From Chiloscyllium plagiosum (Eukaryota), in contig NW_025215381.1 in the NCBI RefSeq assembly GCF_004010195.1, positions 377,003 to 441,002 on the forward strand: a stretch of 64,000 bases of DNA. The letters run 5' to 3'. How positions within the stretch are numbered: the stretch's first letter is position 1; each line of letters starts with the position of its first letter. The notes under the pieces are model-generated. The model had not been told where the DNA came from. It saw nothing but the letters and a program-made list of their open reading frames with translations, and ran no database searches. A program made the position numbers and the translations under genes. Positions 12,349-25,762 of the stretch are shown one piece after another.

Positions 12349-13856
12349 ACACACGAAAAAAAGAACCATCATATCAAAAGATGGCTTCATGTTTAGAATC
12401 CTTCAAAAACAAACTAATTTGTAGTCTAAAACACACACATATCCACAATATTAACTATACACATGCAAACATGCATAACCACATGTGAATTCAGGCCATG
12501 GCACACCCTCCACTGAATGCCTCTGTGTCTCATTCGAGTCTCAATAACACATCGGCAATCACGTTTTCGTGACCTGCCACATGCACAATTGTCAAATTGA
12601 ACAGTTGCAACAACAAGCTCCATCAAAACAGTCTGGCATTTATGTCCTTAAATTTTTCCGCAAATGTCAATGGGTTGTGATTAGTGTATTTGATTGTATC
12701 AGATGCATTGCTGGTAATATAAACTCTGAAATGATGTAATGCCAACACCAAGCTCAAAGTCTCTTTCTCCACCGTTGAATATTTCTGTTGATGAACATTC
12801 AACTTCCTGGAAAAATACCAGATGGGTGTTTCTATCCCCCTTGTCATCCTCCTACAGGAGCACCACACCAACACCCATATCACTGGCATCGATAGCCCCC
12901 TTGGAAGGCTTCGTGTAATCCTGTGTGGATAATACTGAGGCAGTGGTTAACACAGTTTTTAGGCTGTCAAATGCCTTTTGACACTCCAATGTCCACTGAA
13001 ACGTCTTGCCCTTTTTTTAACAATTCGGTAGGTGGAGCAGCCACACCACTAAAATTCGGCACAAATTTTCAGTAAAATCCACTCAATCCCAGGAACCGTA
13101 GTACTGTTCTTTTTGTCGACGGTGTAAAAAGTGGCCCAATTACTTCCGTTTTTGCATCCTGTGGGGCTATTTGTCCTTGTCCAATAACATGCCCCAGGAA
13201 GGCGACTTGCTTTGGCAAATTCACTTTTAGCTAGCTTTACCATCAAAGCTACCTTCCGAAATCGATTGAAGAAGTCTGATAAATGCTCTAAATGTTCCTT
13301 CCATGATTGACTAAAAATCACCAGGTCATCAATGTAAACAACACAGTTGGGTAATCCAGCAATGACCTTGTTAGTCAGTCTCTGAAATGTGGCTGGAGTG
13401 TTTTTCATACCAAATGCCATGACTTTAAACTGATATAGTCCATTTGGCATTATGAAAGCTGAAATTGCCTTTGTTCTCTCTGACAGATACTTGCCAGTAA
13501 CTTCTGAGCAAGCCAAACTTAGAAATGTAAGTTGCTTGTCCTACTTTTTCAACACAGTCCTCCAACCGCGGAATCGGATATGCATCAGCTTTTGTAACGG
13601 CATTGAATTTGAGATAGTCCACACATAGCCATTGGACACCATCTGGCTTTGGCACCATGACAATGGGTGAGATCCAGTCACTGTAACTCACTTCGATTAT
13701 GCTGTCTTGGAGCATGCGCTCTGTCACCTTCTGAACCTGCACCAACTTCAGAGAGTTGTGTCCATAAGGATGTTGTTTAATTGGAATAGCATCTCCCATA
13801 TATACATTATGCACAATTAGGTTAGTACTTCCTCCACCACCAAATCATTACTACCT

Positions 13857-14236
13857 GACTCCTGGAGGAAGAACGCTTCATATTCCACCTTGGAACCCTG
13901 CAACCACACGGAAAAATGTGGATTTGAACAGCTTCCTCATTTCCCCTCCCACCACATTCCCCTGGTCCCAAGCCTCCAACTTGGCACCGCCCTCCTGACC
14001 TGTCCATCACTTTTCCCATCTATCCACTCCACCCCCCGACCTATCACCTTCTCCCTCACCTTCATCTACCTATCACTTTTTCAGCTACCTTCCCCCCAAT
14101 CCCACCCCCCTTCCATTTATCTCTCAGCCGCCAGTCCACAAGCCTCATTGCTGATGAAGGGCTTTTGCCCGAAACGTTGATTCTTCTGCTCCTTGGACGC
14201 TGCCTGACCTGCTGTGTTTTTCCAGCAACACACTCT
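13857..14236 (+). mobile_element. Penelope-like 3' fragment (end of GIY-YIG ORF, pyrimidine-rich UTR, hammerhead motif) nested in the Gypsy element
   Basis: Encodes LEEERFIFHLGTLQPHG; ctgatgaagggcttttgcccgaaacgtt at 14151. Confidence 0.75.
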
Positions 14237-15850
14237 TGATGTTGTCCATTGGGTGGTCACTAAATTCTGACTTATTATTTTCTCCTCAATCGACTTTAGT
14301 GGTCCTCTTACTTCTTGCCCGAAAATTAATTCAAATGGACTGAATTTGGTTGATTCATTTGGTGAATCTCTGATTGCAAAAAGTACAAACGGAACTCCCT
14401 TATCCCAATCATCTGGATAATCCTGACCATAAGCCCTTAACATGGTCTTTAGTGTTGATGCCATCTCTCTAGCGCTCCCTGTGATTCTGGATAGAACATA
14501 GAACATAGAACATAGAACATAGAACAATACAGCACAGAACAGGCCCTTCGGCCCACGATGTTGTGCCGAACTTCTAACCTAGATTAAGTACCCATCCATG
14601 TACCTATCCAAATGCCGCTTGGATGGTATGCAATAGATTCGAATTGCTATATTCCCAAGCTATCCATAACCTCGTTGAATAGTTTGGATATGAAATTTGA
14701 TGCTCGATCCGACTGGATCTCTATTAGTAATCCGTATCCAGTAAAAAATTTAAGTAATTCTTCTACAACTCTTTTAGCTCTGATATTGCATAGTGGCCTT
14801 GCCTCTGGAAATCTTGCTGATACATCCATTATTGTTAATAAATACTTACTCCCACATTTTGTTTGAGATAGGGGACCCACGCAATCAATCAAGGCTCTTG
14901 TGAAAGGTTCCTCAAATGCTGGAATAGGTATTAAAGGTGCAGGTTTTATTACCGCCTTTGGTTTTCTGGTTGGCTGATATATGTGACATGTCTGGCAAAA
15001 TTCAACTACAATCTTTGTATAGTCCAGGCCAGTAAAAATGTCTTTGTAGTTTAACCTGTGTTTTCCTCACCCCTAAATGATCTCCATGTGGTAGCTCATG
15101 CACGACTCGCAGCACATCCTTTCTATACCCTACTGGCAAAACAATCTGATGAATCTCTGCCTATTTCTCATCTGCTTGAATGTGTGATCATCTCTATTTC
15201 CTCATTAAGACATCATTTGTTAAATAATAACACACAGGAACTCTCCTTCTCTGTATGTGCCTTTTGATATAACTCTTTAAAATTCTCATCTTTCTGCTGT
15301 AACTCAATAAGCTTAGCAGAGATAAAGATATTTGCACGTTTACCTATTTGCTCCTTCTCTATCCCACTTATCTGATCAAAAGAAGTCTCTTCTAAAGTTA
15401 TTTCAGCTTCTTTATCTGTGCCTTTTGATCTCTCCCACTTCAGCTTGTCCCTCTGTGATCTTGTGACCACAGAATCTGGGATCTTCAGTTACTTGAGTCT
15501 GCATGGGCTTTTCAACTAGAGTAGGCAGCATGCCAACCAGTGAATCAGCTATATCATTTGCAAGGACAAATTGTATTCCTGGAGCTGAGAGTTTATTCAG
15601 TACTCTTCCACAAAATCTCCACTCTTCTCTGGACACTCTAGCCTCACTTTAAATAATTGAGCACTTTTTGTCTCACCATGAATTCCTGTTACCTGTACCT
15701 TTTCTGGCAATAGTCCTTCAGGAGTACATATCTCCTCACCCTTCAGCATCACAGACTGAGAGGATCCTGTCTCCCTTAATATTGTAACCTCTTTACCTGC
15801 TACTCATGGCCTATGTGAATAAATTTTATCCTTGCATGTATATTTTTAAA

Positions 15851-15982
15851 TTCCTGATGAAGGTCTCTAGCCCGAAACATCGATTTTCCTGCACCTCGAA
15901 TGCTGCCTGACCTGCCGTGCTTTTCCAGAAACACTCTCTCGACTCTGATCTCCAGAGTCAGCAGATCTCACTTTCTCCTCCC
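15851..15982 (+). mobile_element. Penelope-like 3' end fragment nested in the Gypsy element
   Basis: ctgatgaagg…gcccgaaac core; TSD tgtatatttt(t/c)aaa at 15837-15850 and 15983-15996. Confidence 0.75.
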
Positions 15983-16444
15983 TGTATATTTTCAAAGCAG
16001 ATCTGGCACTTCCTCCTTAACCAACCTCTGATCATCTTGTACACTCTGTGGCAGTTGTCTAACTTCCCTTGTGCTTTTTGTTACTAGTCCAACAAAACTC
16101 TCAAGCTTGTCTGGTTTCCCTACATCTGGCTTTCTCCTCGCCCACCAACACTGTGATTTTATGTGGTCCACTTTATTACAATAGAAACACTGGAGCTTCT
16201 TAACTTCTTTGTCCCCTTCAAGGGTTTCCTTTTTACCCCTATGGTAAGTTCTCCTTATGATCTTCACTGAGATCTACCTTTCTCCTTCCATGTGAGGATT
16301 TCTCTTTGCCCCAATTTCTATCCCTCATGGACTGAAATTGATTCTGGAAGCCAACCCAGGTTTTATGGACTAACTCATAATCATCAGCCACTTCTGCTGC
16401 TAACCTTGCTGTTTTAACTCCCTGCTCTTCCACATCCAACCATC

Positions 16445-17697
16445 TCGAAAAGAACAATCTGATCAGGGACAGTCAGCACGATTTTGTGAAGAGTAGGTCG
16501 TGCCTAACGAATCTTATTGACTTTTTTGACGAAGTGATCAAACAGGTAGATGAGAGTAAACTGGTTGATGTGGTGTATATAGATTTACGCAAGTCGTTCG
16601 ATAAGGTTCCCCACAGTAGGCTATTATACAAAATGTGGAGGGTAGGTCGTGCCTAACGAATCTTATTGACTTTTTTGACGAAGTGATCAAACAGGTAGAT
16701 GAGAGTAAACTGGTTGATGTGGTGTGTATAGATTTAAGCAAGACGTTCGATAAGGTTCCCCACAGTAGGCTATTATACAAAATGTGGAGGAATGGGATTG
16801 TGGGAGAAATAGCAGTTTGGATCAGTAATTGGCTTGCTGAAAGAAAACAGAGGGTTGTAGTTGATGGAACATGTTCATCTTGGTGTCCAGTTACTAGTGA
16901 CGTACCACAAGGGTCAGTGTTGGGTCCATTGCTGTTGGGTCCATTACCCCTTGGACGGAGTAATCGGAATGCAAAGTAGTGGGCTAATGGTAAGATTCTT
17001 GGGAGTGCAGATGAGCAGAGAGATCTCGGTGTCCATGTACACAGATCCCTGAAAGTTGCCACCCAGGTTGACAGGGTTGTTAAGAAGGCATACAATGTTT
17101 TGGCCTTTATTAATAGAGGGATTGAGTTCCGGAACCAGGGAGTTATGCTGCAGCTGTACAAAGCTTTGGTACGGCCACACTTGGAGTATTGTGTACAGTT
17201 CTGGTCACTGCATTATAAGAAGGATGTGGAAGCTTTGGAAAGGGTGCAGAGAAGATTTACTAGGATGATGCCTGGTATGGATGAAAGGTCTTACGAGGAA
17301 AGGCTGAGGGACTTGAGGCTGTTCTCGTTAGAGAGAAGAAGGTTGAGAGGTGACTTAATAGAGACATACAAGATAATCAGAGGGTTAGATAGGGTGGACA
17401 GGGAGAGCCTTTTGCCAAGAATGGGAACGGCAAACACGAGGGGACACAAATTTAAAGTGAGGGGGGATAAGACAGATGTCAAAGGTAGTTTTTTTACTCA
17501 GAGAGTAGTAAGGGTATGGAATGCTTTGCCTGCAACGGCAGTAGATTCGCCAAGTTTAAGTGCAGTTAAGTCGTCATTGGACAGGCATATGGACATACAT
17601 GGAATAGTGTAGGTGGATGGGCTTCAGATTAGTATGACATGGCAGCGCAACATTGAGAGCCGAAGGGCCTATACTGCGCTGTAATGTTCTATGTTCT
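16445..17697 (+). mobile_element. 5'-truncated CR1-clade LINE inserted in the Gypsy gag
   Basis: GRSCLTNL, FDKVPH, LVRPHLEYCVQFW; gttctatgttct tail; internal 149-bp duplication and an internal deletion. Confidence 0.9.
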
Positions 17698-18176
17698 AAG
17701 AGTTTGCACAGCTTACCTTCAGCCTTTCTCTCCAGCCTTTTAAGCTGATTTTCCTTTTTAAATGTCGGTTTTTGGAATTCAAGCACACTCTCTTGCTCTC
17801 TCTGTTCTGCTGCTCTCTCTTTTTCTTTCTTTTCTGTTTTTAATCGTAACTCATTTCTGCTGCCCATTCCTTATCTCTTGCCTCTAACTCAAGCTGCTTC
17901 ATTTACAATTGAATTCTTGCCATCTCTATAGACCCTGATGGTTTCTCCAGCAAATTATCTCTCCTTTCCTCACAGAGGAGGCAGCTCCAACCCCAGCTTG
18001 TCTGCTAATTCCTGCAGCTTGATCTTATTCACCTTTTGCAGAACTTCCGAAGTCACCACGTCCACTTCCAGAAAACTTTTGGCAACTGAAAGAGCCATCA
18101 CTATCCCAAACTTTGTCTACCCAACCAAACCAACATCCGAAATAAAGATACTAGCACCTACTACTCGCTGTTTAAA

Positions 18177-18194
18177 ATCCCTCAAGAGCCCCCA
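18177..18194 (-). promoter_or_regulatory. primer-binding site, tRNA-Pro type
   Basis: Minus strand reads TGGGGGCTCTTGAGGGAT, 15/18 identical to the tRNA-Pro PBS TGGGGGCTCGTCCGGGAT, between the LTR end and the gag ATG. Confidence 0.8.
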
Positions 18195-18197
18195 GTC

Positions 18198-18498
18198 TGT
18201 TCTGGACAAGGCCAGACCACTCAAAACGGTCTTAAGCAGACAGCCCAGACTATAACTTTGCAATTTGTTTCAATAAGTGTACAGTGAAAATTACCTGGAA
18301 TATGTTAGCTCGGTTGACTACCAGGTTTTAAACAGGCAAAACTTTATTCACAAACCTACACAATGAAACACAACAAACAGAATAAAGAACCCCTACCGAA
18401 CTCAGACTATCTAAACTAGACTTAATTATGCTGTTCCTAATAAGTCCCAATAAGCAAACCCTAAAACACAGTAAAAATGAAACAAATGCTTACAGGTT
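18198..18498 (-). repeat. 5' LTR (3' part) of the Gmr1-like element, running into the assembly gap
   Basis: Minus strand ends …AGAACA 3 nt before the PBS and contains AATAAA (plus-strand tttatt, 18343-18348). Confidence 0.7.
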
Positions 18499-18998
18499 NN
18501 NNNNNNNNNNNNNNNNNNNNNNNNNNNNNNNNNNNNNNNNNNNNNNNNNNNNNNNNNNNNNNNNNNNNNNNNNNNNNNNNNNNNNNNNNNNNNNNNNNNN
18601 NNNNNNNNNNNNNNNNNNNNNNNNNNNNNNNNNNNNNNNNNNNNNNNNNNNNNNNNNNNNNNNNNNNNNNNNNNNNNNNNNNNNNNNNNNNNNNNNNNNN
18701 NNNNNNNNNNNNNNNNNNNNNNNNNNNNNNNNNNNNNNNNNNNNNNNNNNNNNNNNNNNNNNNNNNNNNNNNNNNNNNNNNNNNNNNNNNNNNNNNNNNN
18801 NNNNNNNNNNNNNNNNNNNNNNNNNNNNNNNNNNNNNNNNNNNNNNNNNNNNNNNNNNNNNNNNNNNNNNNNNNNNNNNNNNNNNNNNNNNNNNNNNNNN
18901 NNNNNNNNNNNNNNNNNNNNNNNNNNNNNNNNNNNNNNNNNNNNNNNNNNNNNNNNNNNNNNNNNNNNNNNNNNNNNNNNNNNNNNNNNNNNNNNNNN
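18499..18998. other. assembly gap (other gaps: 34829-35099, 51099-51150, 60107-60293)
   Basis: Runs of N. Confidence 1.
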
Positions 18999-20614
18999 CC
19001 AGATGAACTTTAACCCTTCCCCCTTGCCTTAGGACACTCAGACAATTGTCTTTTTTTATGCAGTTCCTCGGAATCAAGAGTGGTTGGTGTCCACTCTGAT
19101 TTGATAAATTCGGAGATGGTTGATAAGTCCGATGTATGAGCCTTCTACATATTGGGCAGATCCTGTGCGAAAGGTGTGGGTAAATGGTGATTCTCTCATG
19201 TGCTTTGGAGAAGGAGCTAACCCAGGGAACCACACGGTTGGAATGGTTAGGGGTTTACATCGATGGCAATGCAGTTTGAATAGTTTCCTACCTATTCAAA
19301 AGGAATGATGGATTAATGATACTAGTACGTTTCCCGTGGAGCATGTCAACACACCTGCATGTATCCAAAATGTTGATGAATCTTCGATGATAGCATCAAA
19401 ATTCAAAGGAGCAAATCTAATTTTTCAGTGAGAGGTATTTCTCTGTTCATGCTCAGCAAGAATGATAAAAGCAAGCTTGCAATATAATCATTCCAACCCT
19501 GGCTTCCTTCCTGTTCCCAGGTGAACAGCAGCAAAGTACAGGCAGGTAAGGAGGGAAGGACTTGGGTTAGTTCTTGGCTGGGGGATGCCAACCACACAGC
19601 AACTATCCCTACTTAAAGGGAGAAAACAGGCTGAATGGGAAGGCCTTTCCAACCTGGGAGATGTTGGCAACAAAAGCAGGATATGACCGGCATAAAGCAC
19701 ATCCACTTCAAAACTACTAGCTCACGATGGCAATGAACGCAACACGCAGAATGAATTGCACCACAAAGTAACCCCACAAAATGCAACTGCCTTGTGACAA
19801 ATGAGAGAAACAAGCACGACTCAGCAAACACCAGTGACCCTGAGGTTTTGTATATACTTGGCAAGGACAGGATTTCCCTCAGATATGCAATTTAATTTTT
19901 AAGGAATGACTGGGAGTGTGATTGAGCAGTGCACAACTTAATAGCCCTCTTCATTCTGACAAGGCGTTAAATCTATAACCTTCTAAAAATAGTTATTCCC
20001 ATCAACCTCTCCTTTACAGAAGTAACTACAGGGAAAGAGCTTCCTCCCTGGCCAAATCCCTCAACACTTGAAGTTCCACTGACAACGAATGCACATTTGA
20101 GTCCAACCAGGAGTTCTTGAACGCACATGGAACCTCCATGCGAATGCACATAGTGCCCAAACACACATCCTCATCTCGATTGTCTTTATGTCTTTTCTTC
20201 TGCCAAAAAGAAGAAAACTTAGTTCACACGTCACTTTGACCCCAAAATAGAGGGTGAACATTTAAAACTATGTACAGCAGTAAAAGGGAGGGGGGGAAGG
20301 ATTTTTGTTAAGACAGATCCTCCGAGTCAAAGCTGTGCAATCTCTCAAAAAGAGAGCAATGGCTCAAAGTTAAGTGAGAATGAACTCTGATTTTGATATC
20401 AAATTAAACAGAAGGGATGGCAATGGCAGACATCACACTGTGAATTACACTGGGTAGAAACCAATGCAGACGCCATCTTTGCAGAATCGCCTATGGTCAG
20501 TACAAACGGTCTGCTACTTTTGAACATAGCAGAACACATCCAGTGTGACTGGGAGGTGTGGGGAATGGGGGATGGGCATGGGGCATGGGGGCGATCTGAA
20601 TTAAAACTTCCAAA

Positions 20615-20928
20615 TTAGATTAGATTACTTAGTGTGTAAACAGGCCCTTCGGCCCAACAAGTCCACACCGACCCGCCGAAGCGCAACCCACCCAGACCCA
20701 TTCCCCTGCATTTACCCCTTCACCTAACACTACAGGCAATTTAGCATGGCCAATTCACCTAACCTGCACATTTCTGGACTGTGGGAGGAAACTGGTGCAC
20801 CTGGAGGAAACCCATGCAGACACGGGGAGAATGTGCAAACTCCACACAGTCAGTCAGTCGTCTGAGGCGGGAATTGAACCCGGGTCTCTGGTGCTGTGAG
20901 ACAGCAGTGCTAACCACTGTGCCGCCCA
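20615..20928 (-). mobile_element. HE1-like V-SINE
   Basis: Reverse complement of the 4870 copy. Confidence 0.88.
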
Positions 20929-23499
20929 AATGAACAGTCAACTTGAAACAACAGACAGGGCCAGACCCCCTCCCTGTCATTCAACCAAATGAATGCATCG
21001 TAAGGGTAACCGAATCAATCTTTGCACAAAGCTCAAGTTTCAAAGGAAAATTGAATGAAAGCAATACCTTGTTGATTCACTGAGATTTTGTCCTCCTAAT
21101 TCAGTCCTTGTTTGGTCAACACTGTGAGCCATTAGAAGTGGACTACAGCTTGGTGTTTATGCTGAAATATGTTCGAAAAAGCTAGTAATTAACTTGGATG
21201 ACGTTCGCTGTCAACCTTCAGTGGGAACACTAAGTTTCCACCTCCTGGAAAGGTGGTATTATGGCAGGAGGGTGGAACTGAAATATGACAAACTTGCACA
21301 GTTTACGTGGTGAATTATAACGGACATGTACATGACAGTAACGTGGGGCACTTAACATGGAAATTGAATTATGATGACACGTTATGGTCAAATGAATCTC
21401 ACCCATTGACCTCTTGAAGCTTCACTGTAAGACTATATTAGCTCAGAAACCCTGAACACCCCACCACAGGAGATCATTTAAAGACAGCATGTTTGTCTGT
21501 CTCCAGTCAGTGCAAGACCCATTTCTCTCTGCATGAAATCAACTGCTCCATCCTTTGTCAAATCATGTTATCAAATTACACTGATGCCTGCAATCTCACT
21601 CTTCACCAGAGTCAGGGAAGGGAGGAATGAGAGTATATAAAAACTTACTGTGTACCTTTCATCATCTCACCCAAATTTACAAATCAGGTGATTTTCAAAA
21701 AACAAACCAAATTACATCTCCCTGAATTACCGTTCACACTGCCCGGCCTTCGCTATAACAGATTTAGAAGATCCTCAGCTCTCTTTTTTTGGGGGTATAA
21801 AATCAATGATAATCAATCTGCTGCTTGCAGTAATCAATTTAGTTTACATCTAGAACCCTGACAACTGCCATCACAACAGTCTCCTGCAATATAAACTTAC
21901 CCCATGACTAACTGGACCATTGCATAAACTAGGCTCAACATGAAACAACACTGTAAATTCCACCCATCCCATTTTAATGGAATAGCATCACAAAAAATTC
22001 TGTTCGGTGACATTTAACTAGCAGAAATTTCTGGGCAGGCATGAAGAGTCAAAGAGGCTGCAGCTTCACAGACAGGACACAGACTGAGAGGTCAAGCCCA
22101 CCATCACAGGAATTCTCTCCTCTCCCCCGCCTCCTTCAATTTTGCTCCATTCGAACACAGTTTCAAATGCAGAGGTATTGAACTGAGATTCAAAAGATAA
22201 TGAGCAGACCAAATGACACAACCAAAACACGTTCCAGAGCAGCACGGCATACTCCAACAATGCAGGACCACTGACTTTGTTTCTGAGCTAAATTAGCAGA
22301 ACTTTCTGAATAAAACACAAGTACGTCTCCAAACAAATAGCAGCACCCAATCACAGCTGACACGGAAGCAAATCCATAACCAATAACACTTATCAGCCAG
22401 TTCACAGTACATCTGGCTGTATTCAGAAACCCTAACACCTCACCATTGTGATCTTGAGTAAAAAAGCATGTTCTGGACATGAAATGCAGCCGCCTGCCCT
22501 GAGTTAACACTTGCTCAATTCCTCAGACCACAGTTGTGGATGGTTTCAAGCCCATGAGAGTTTGACCTTGGATGACATCACCCCCAGCTCAAACTCAATG
22601 CTGAGACACTGTGCTCTCCCATCTTCTAAGTCCAACCATGAAATCCAGCGAGGTTCAACACCTCACACCAAAGCCACCATTTCTATCTGGTAAGCCTTTG
22701 GGGTCCGTACAGCAGAAGCAAAAACACAATTCACTCCTGGGAGACCCTGACTCAATCACTGAGGTGAGGCTGAGCTAATGGCTTAAGTGGGAAGATATCT
22801 TGAAGGATGGAGGGGAGAGAGAAACCTGGTTGAAACCTGGCCATACATGGTAGTAGGAACTGATAAAATTCAAGGACAAGTGAGTCAGGGAAGGACAGAA
22901 CAAAAGGAAAGGGAAGCTGAGGTACAGGGGAGCAGAAATGAGGGAGCAAGCTCCAGGAGACTGAGTGGCTTCCTACTTATGACAGTAAGCCACACTGGGC
23001 TGGACAGCACACAGGGAAATCTGGAAACAGTGTAGTGGATGGAGACCAGCCATCACTTCATGAAGCACATGCAAGGGAAATGCTGATGCCTCATTTTAAA
23101 CTAGCACGTCCTGCTCTACAGAAGGCAGCCAGCAAGATGGAAAGGCAAACGTCCCCGAGTCTCCATGGCAACATTAGACCACTTGAAAGGCTAATTCCAA
23201 GCACGCTGTTCCCATCTTCGGGAATCGCTGGCACATTCGTCATTTCTTGTCACGCTTCCATATCTCCCCCTGCCCTACTTAGGGTAAATAATCCACGTGC
23301 TGCTCTTGGGAAAAATGGAGAGGATCACTCTTGAGAAGGGAATGTAGTGCCTGAACACGTGGCAGGGTGTCTGGGAAATCACAGGACTGAGAACAAAGTT
23401 TAAACGATAAGAAACACAGCGAGGAACCATTTGGTCTGCTACAGCCATTTTATGCCTTTCACATGCTGTCACCCTCATCTGTATGAGCCAGTATCAAAA

Positions 23500-23700
23500 G
23501 CAGCAGAGAAGGGATGAGAGAGGGGGCGAAAGTGCAGGAAGGGGACAGAGAGCTACAGGCAAAGAAGGGGGGGTGTGGGGGGGGGAAAGAGAGAGAGACA
23601 GACAGACAGACAGAGAGAATGGGGAGGGTGAAGGGAGAGAGACCGCAAGAGAATGGGGGTGGGAGGGAAGGGAGAGAGAGGTTATGTGCATGCAGAGAGA
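23500..23700. repeat. purine-rich (GA/GACA/G) low-complexity tract
   Basis: Directly visible composition. Confidence 0.75.
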
Positions 23701-24650
23701 TCACAGGTTTGACTCGTCAGAAAGACAAGCAAACATCTTTGCCAAATTTCACGTGGGCAGGCAAAAGAATGAAGGAGATGATTTTACCAGACATTTCGAA
23801 ACATCTGAGGCGATTGAAACTCTCGAGTTGGCCCAGATTGTACATACAGCCCAATATTGCCAAGCAAAAGAGACCTCAGAGATATTTTGAGGTGAGATTT
23901 TAACAAAAATGGTACTGCGATGCTGGTGTGCCTTTTCTGACTCACTCCTCACCACTTTACCTGAGGCATGTATGATCCTTCCATCACCTTGAATGGTCCC
24001 TTAAATCAACAAAGGATTGGCCCACACCTTTCAGCATCCTGGTTAGATGCAACCGGACATGACATTTTTGCGCAAATGTTTGGATGCATGAAAGAAATTT
24101 GCAAAACTATTTTAGTTCTACTCTAAAATAAGCAAAAAACAATATACCCCGAAACTATCAGAACCGCCAGTCTGGGCACAAACCAGGTTTTCCCAACAAG
24201 TCTGAGGAGGCACAGCTTGGGTCACACTGGTATTTGGTGGTTCCGACTCTCCCGTCTAGAATAGTGGCTCATCTCCAATCACTCTGACCCATTATCCTTC
24301 AGCCCATTTCCTGCCACACCATCCCAACCTTCCCCATTAACCTCAACCATGTGCACACTCCATCCACATGACCTGCCACCAAGAAGTAGCAGCCTCAGTG
24401 TCCAAAGGGAAAAGCATGCTGGGTGACTGCAGCCAAGCTGTCAAGTTCGTTCTCCAGCCCGGGGAAGGAAAACACCAATTGCGAAGGAACAGCTTCATTG
24501 ATATCATTTGAGGCACGAGAATCCACCGCAATTTCCACAGAAACCTTCCCGAGGCCTTCCAACTCTGGTTTTAAAGCTCTGATCTACAAAACACATCGTT
24601 CTCCTTATTTACAGTATCCAACACTTCAGTAGTCCAACATGTGGCCCCTT

Positions 24651-24734
24651 TTACCAGTTCATGATTGTGTTCCTATTTAATGTCATGAAGTAAACTTGAC
24701 TGCTCCCACCTGAACGAACAGAAGCGAAAAACAC
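24651..24734 (-). CDS. MINK1: MINK1-like terminal coding exon, [27 protein letters not shown]
   Basis: ctccAG acceptor and TAA stop at 24653-24651. C-terminus matches the family (…FMTLNRN-IMNW). Confidence 0.96.
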   Translation of the reverse strand: MFFASVRSGGSSQVYFMTLNRNTIMNW

Positions 24735-25622
24735 CTGGAGGGAAATAAAGGGTAGAATGTCAGTTAGCCACTGTGAGGATCGACAAACATGAAGCTGATC
24801 TTGTCACTCGCGGTTTTGTTGTGGGGCCCACAGCCTCACGTCTATTCCAGTATCAATGAACAAATAAACCTCAGCTAACAAAAACCAAATCAAATTAATT
24901 AGGAGAAGTAGGCCACTTGGCCTCTCAGGTGAACTCCATCATTCAATAAGATGGTGGCTGATCTGCCTGGGTTTTGAACTCCACATTTCCTTCGACAACT
25001 GCTTCTCCCAAAACTAAAAGGGATCTAACTCCACCTCTGCCTTAAGTTATTACAAAATGAACAGGCCATTCAAGCTTGTATTCCATTAAAGTCTCTTCCC
25101 ACCCATTTCTTGAATCTCAGCAGTATCTTTCATTCCTTTCTTCCTCACGTTTACCCAGTTTCCCCTTGAACGCCTCGACACTGTTCACCTCTTGACCACT
25201 CCGTGTGCTGTCAAGTTTTACATTCATCTCTGTCTGAGGTGATGCAGTTTCCGCTGAAATCGCAGCTAGATTTATCATTGACTCTCTTGTATTTTAGTCC
25301 CCAGTTCTGGTTTTGCCCCATCTCTACATTTCACCCTACTTTCTTAGCCCATGACCCAACGCATTCATGCTGAGTCAAAAACTCTAGATTTCTCTCTGGT
25401 CACTGCAGGTGTCAGTTAAAAGACAGAAAGTGGGTCAGAGTTCTCCTTATTTCTCCTTTCCAAATTGTGATAAGTTGAATGTTGATCCTTAATTGATCAG
25501 TGAACATTTTGCCCCCTCAGCCAGTGCTGATGTGCACTTGGGATTGAAATAAAAATGTTTCTGGTTTTGAGAGACTTAATTAACTTTGGCATCACTAAGA
25601 GAGCCACAGTATGGCATGTTAC

Positions 25623-25762
25623 CTTATCATTTCGTTCACATAGGAACTTTAGCCGCTGGGCTCTTTTGTGCATGAAAACTCCATCGAGATGACCTGTTTC
25701 GACAGAGCGGATTTCAATTGCCTTCTCGCCCCAACCCATGATCTGGTTTGAGCAGATGTATG
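25623..25762 (-). CDS. MINK1: MINK1-like CNH exon, 140 nt, [46 protein letters not shown]
   Basis: acccAG acceptor and AAG|GTaaca donor; phase 1-0. Confidence 0.96.

Larger units (their letters stand above)
12295..18498 (-). mobile_element. Decayed Ty3/Gypsy LTR retrotransposon, Gmr1-like (gag-PR-INT-RT-RH), with nested insertions
   Basis: Minus-strand motifs in order: gag start MALSVAKSF (ATG 18098), zinc knuckle CFYCNKVDHIKSQC (~16150-16190), protease LRETGS (~15770), integrase GDHLG/FYWP/CQTCH and IDCVGPL…SDRASNF (~14300-15100), RT PIVMVPKPDG…YIDD (~13050-13800), RNase H AIDASD…YSTVEKE (~12620-12895). Many stops and frameshifts. Confidence 0.9.
18999..24650 (-). other. probable long 3' UTR / downstream region of the MINK1-like gene (end not determined)
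   Basis: Directly follows the stop codon and is unusually repeat-poor (one SINE, one purine tract) compared with the rest of the window. No transcript evidence. Confidence 0.45.

Noticed and set aside
14491..14527. (atagaac)n array as CRISPR-like or satellite repeat
   Set aside because: It is the microsatellite tail of a minus-strand CR1 3' fragment; there are no spacers and the DNA is eukaryotic.
18428..19233. Long ORFs of 178-247 aa
   Set aside because: Artefacts of translation through N runs; the same applies to the ORFs at 34762, 50897 and 59941.
23459..23955. Overlapping ORFs on both strands
   Set aside because: Produced by the purine-rich low-complexity tract; no recognisable domain.
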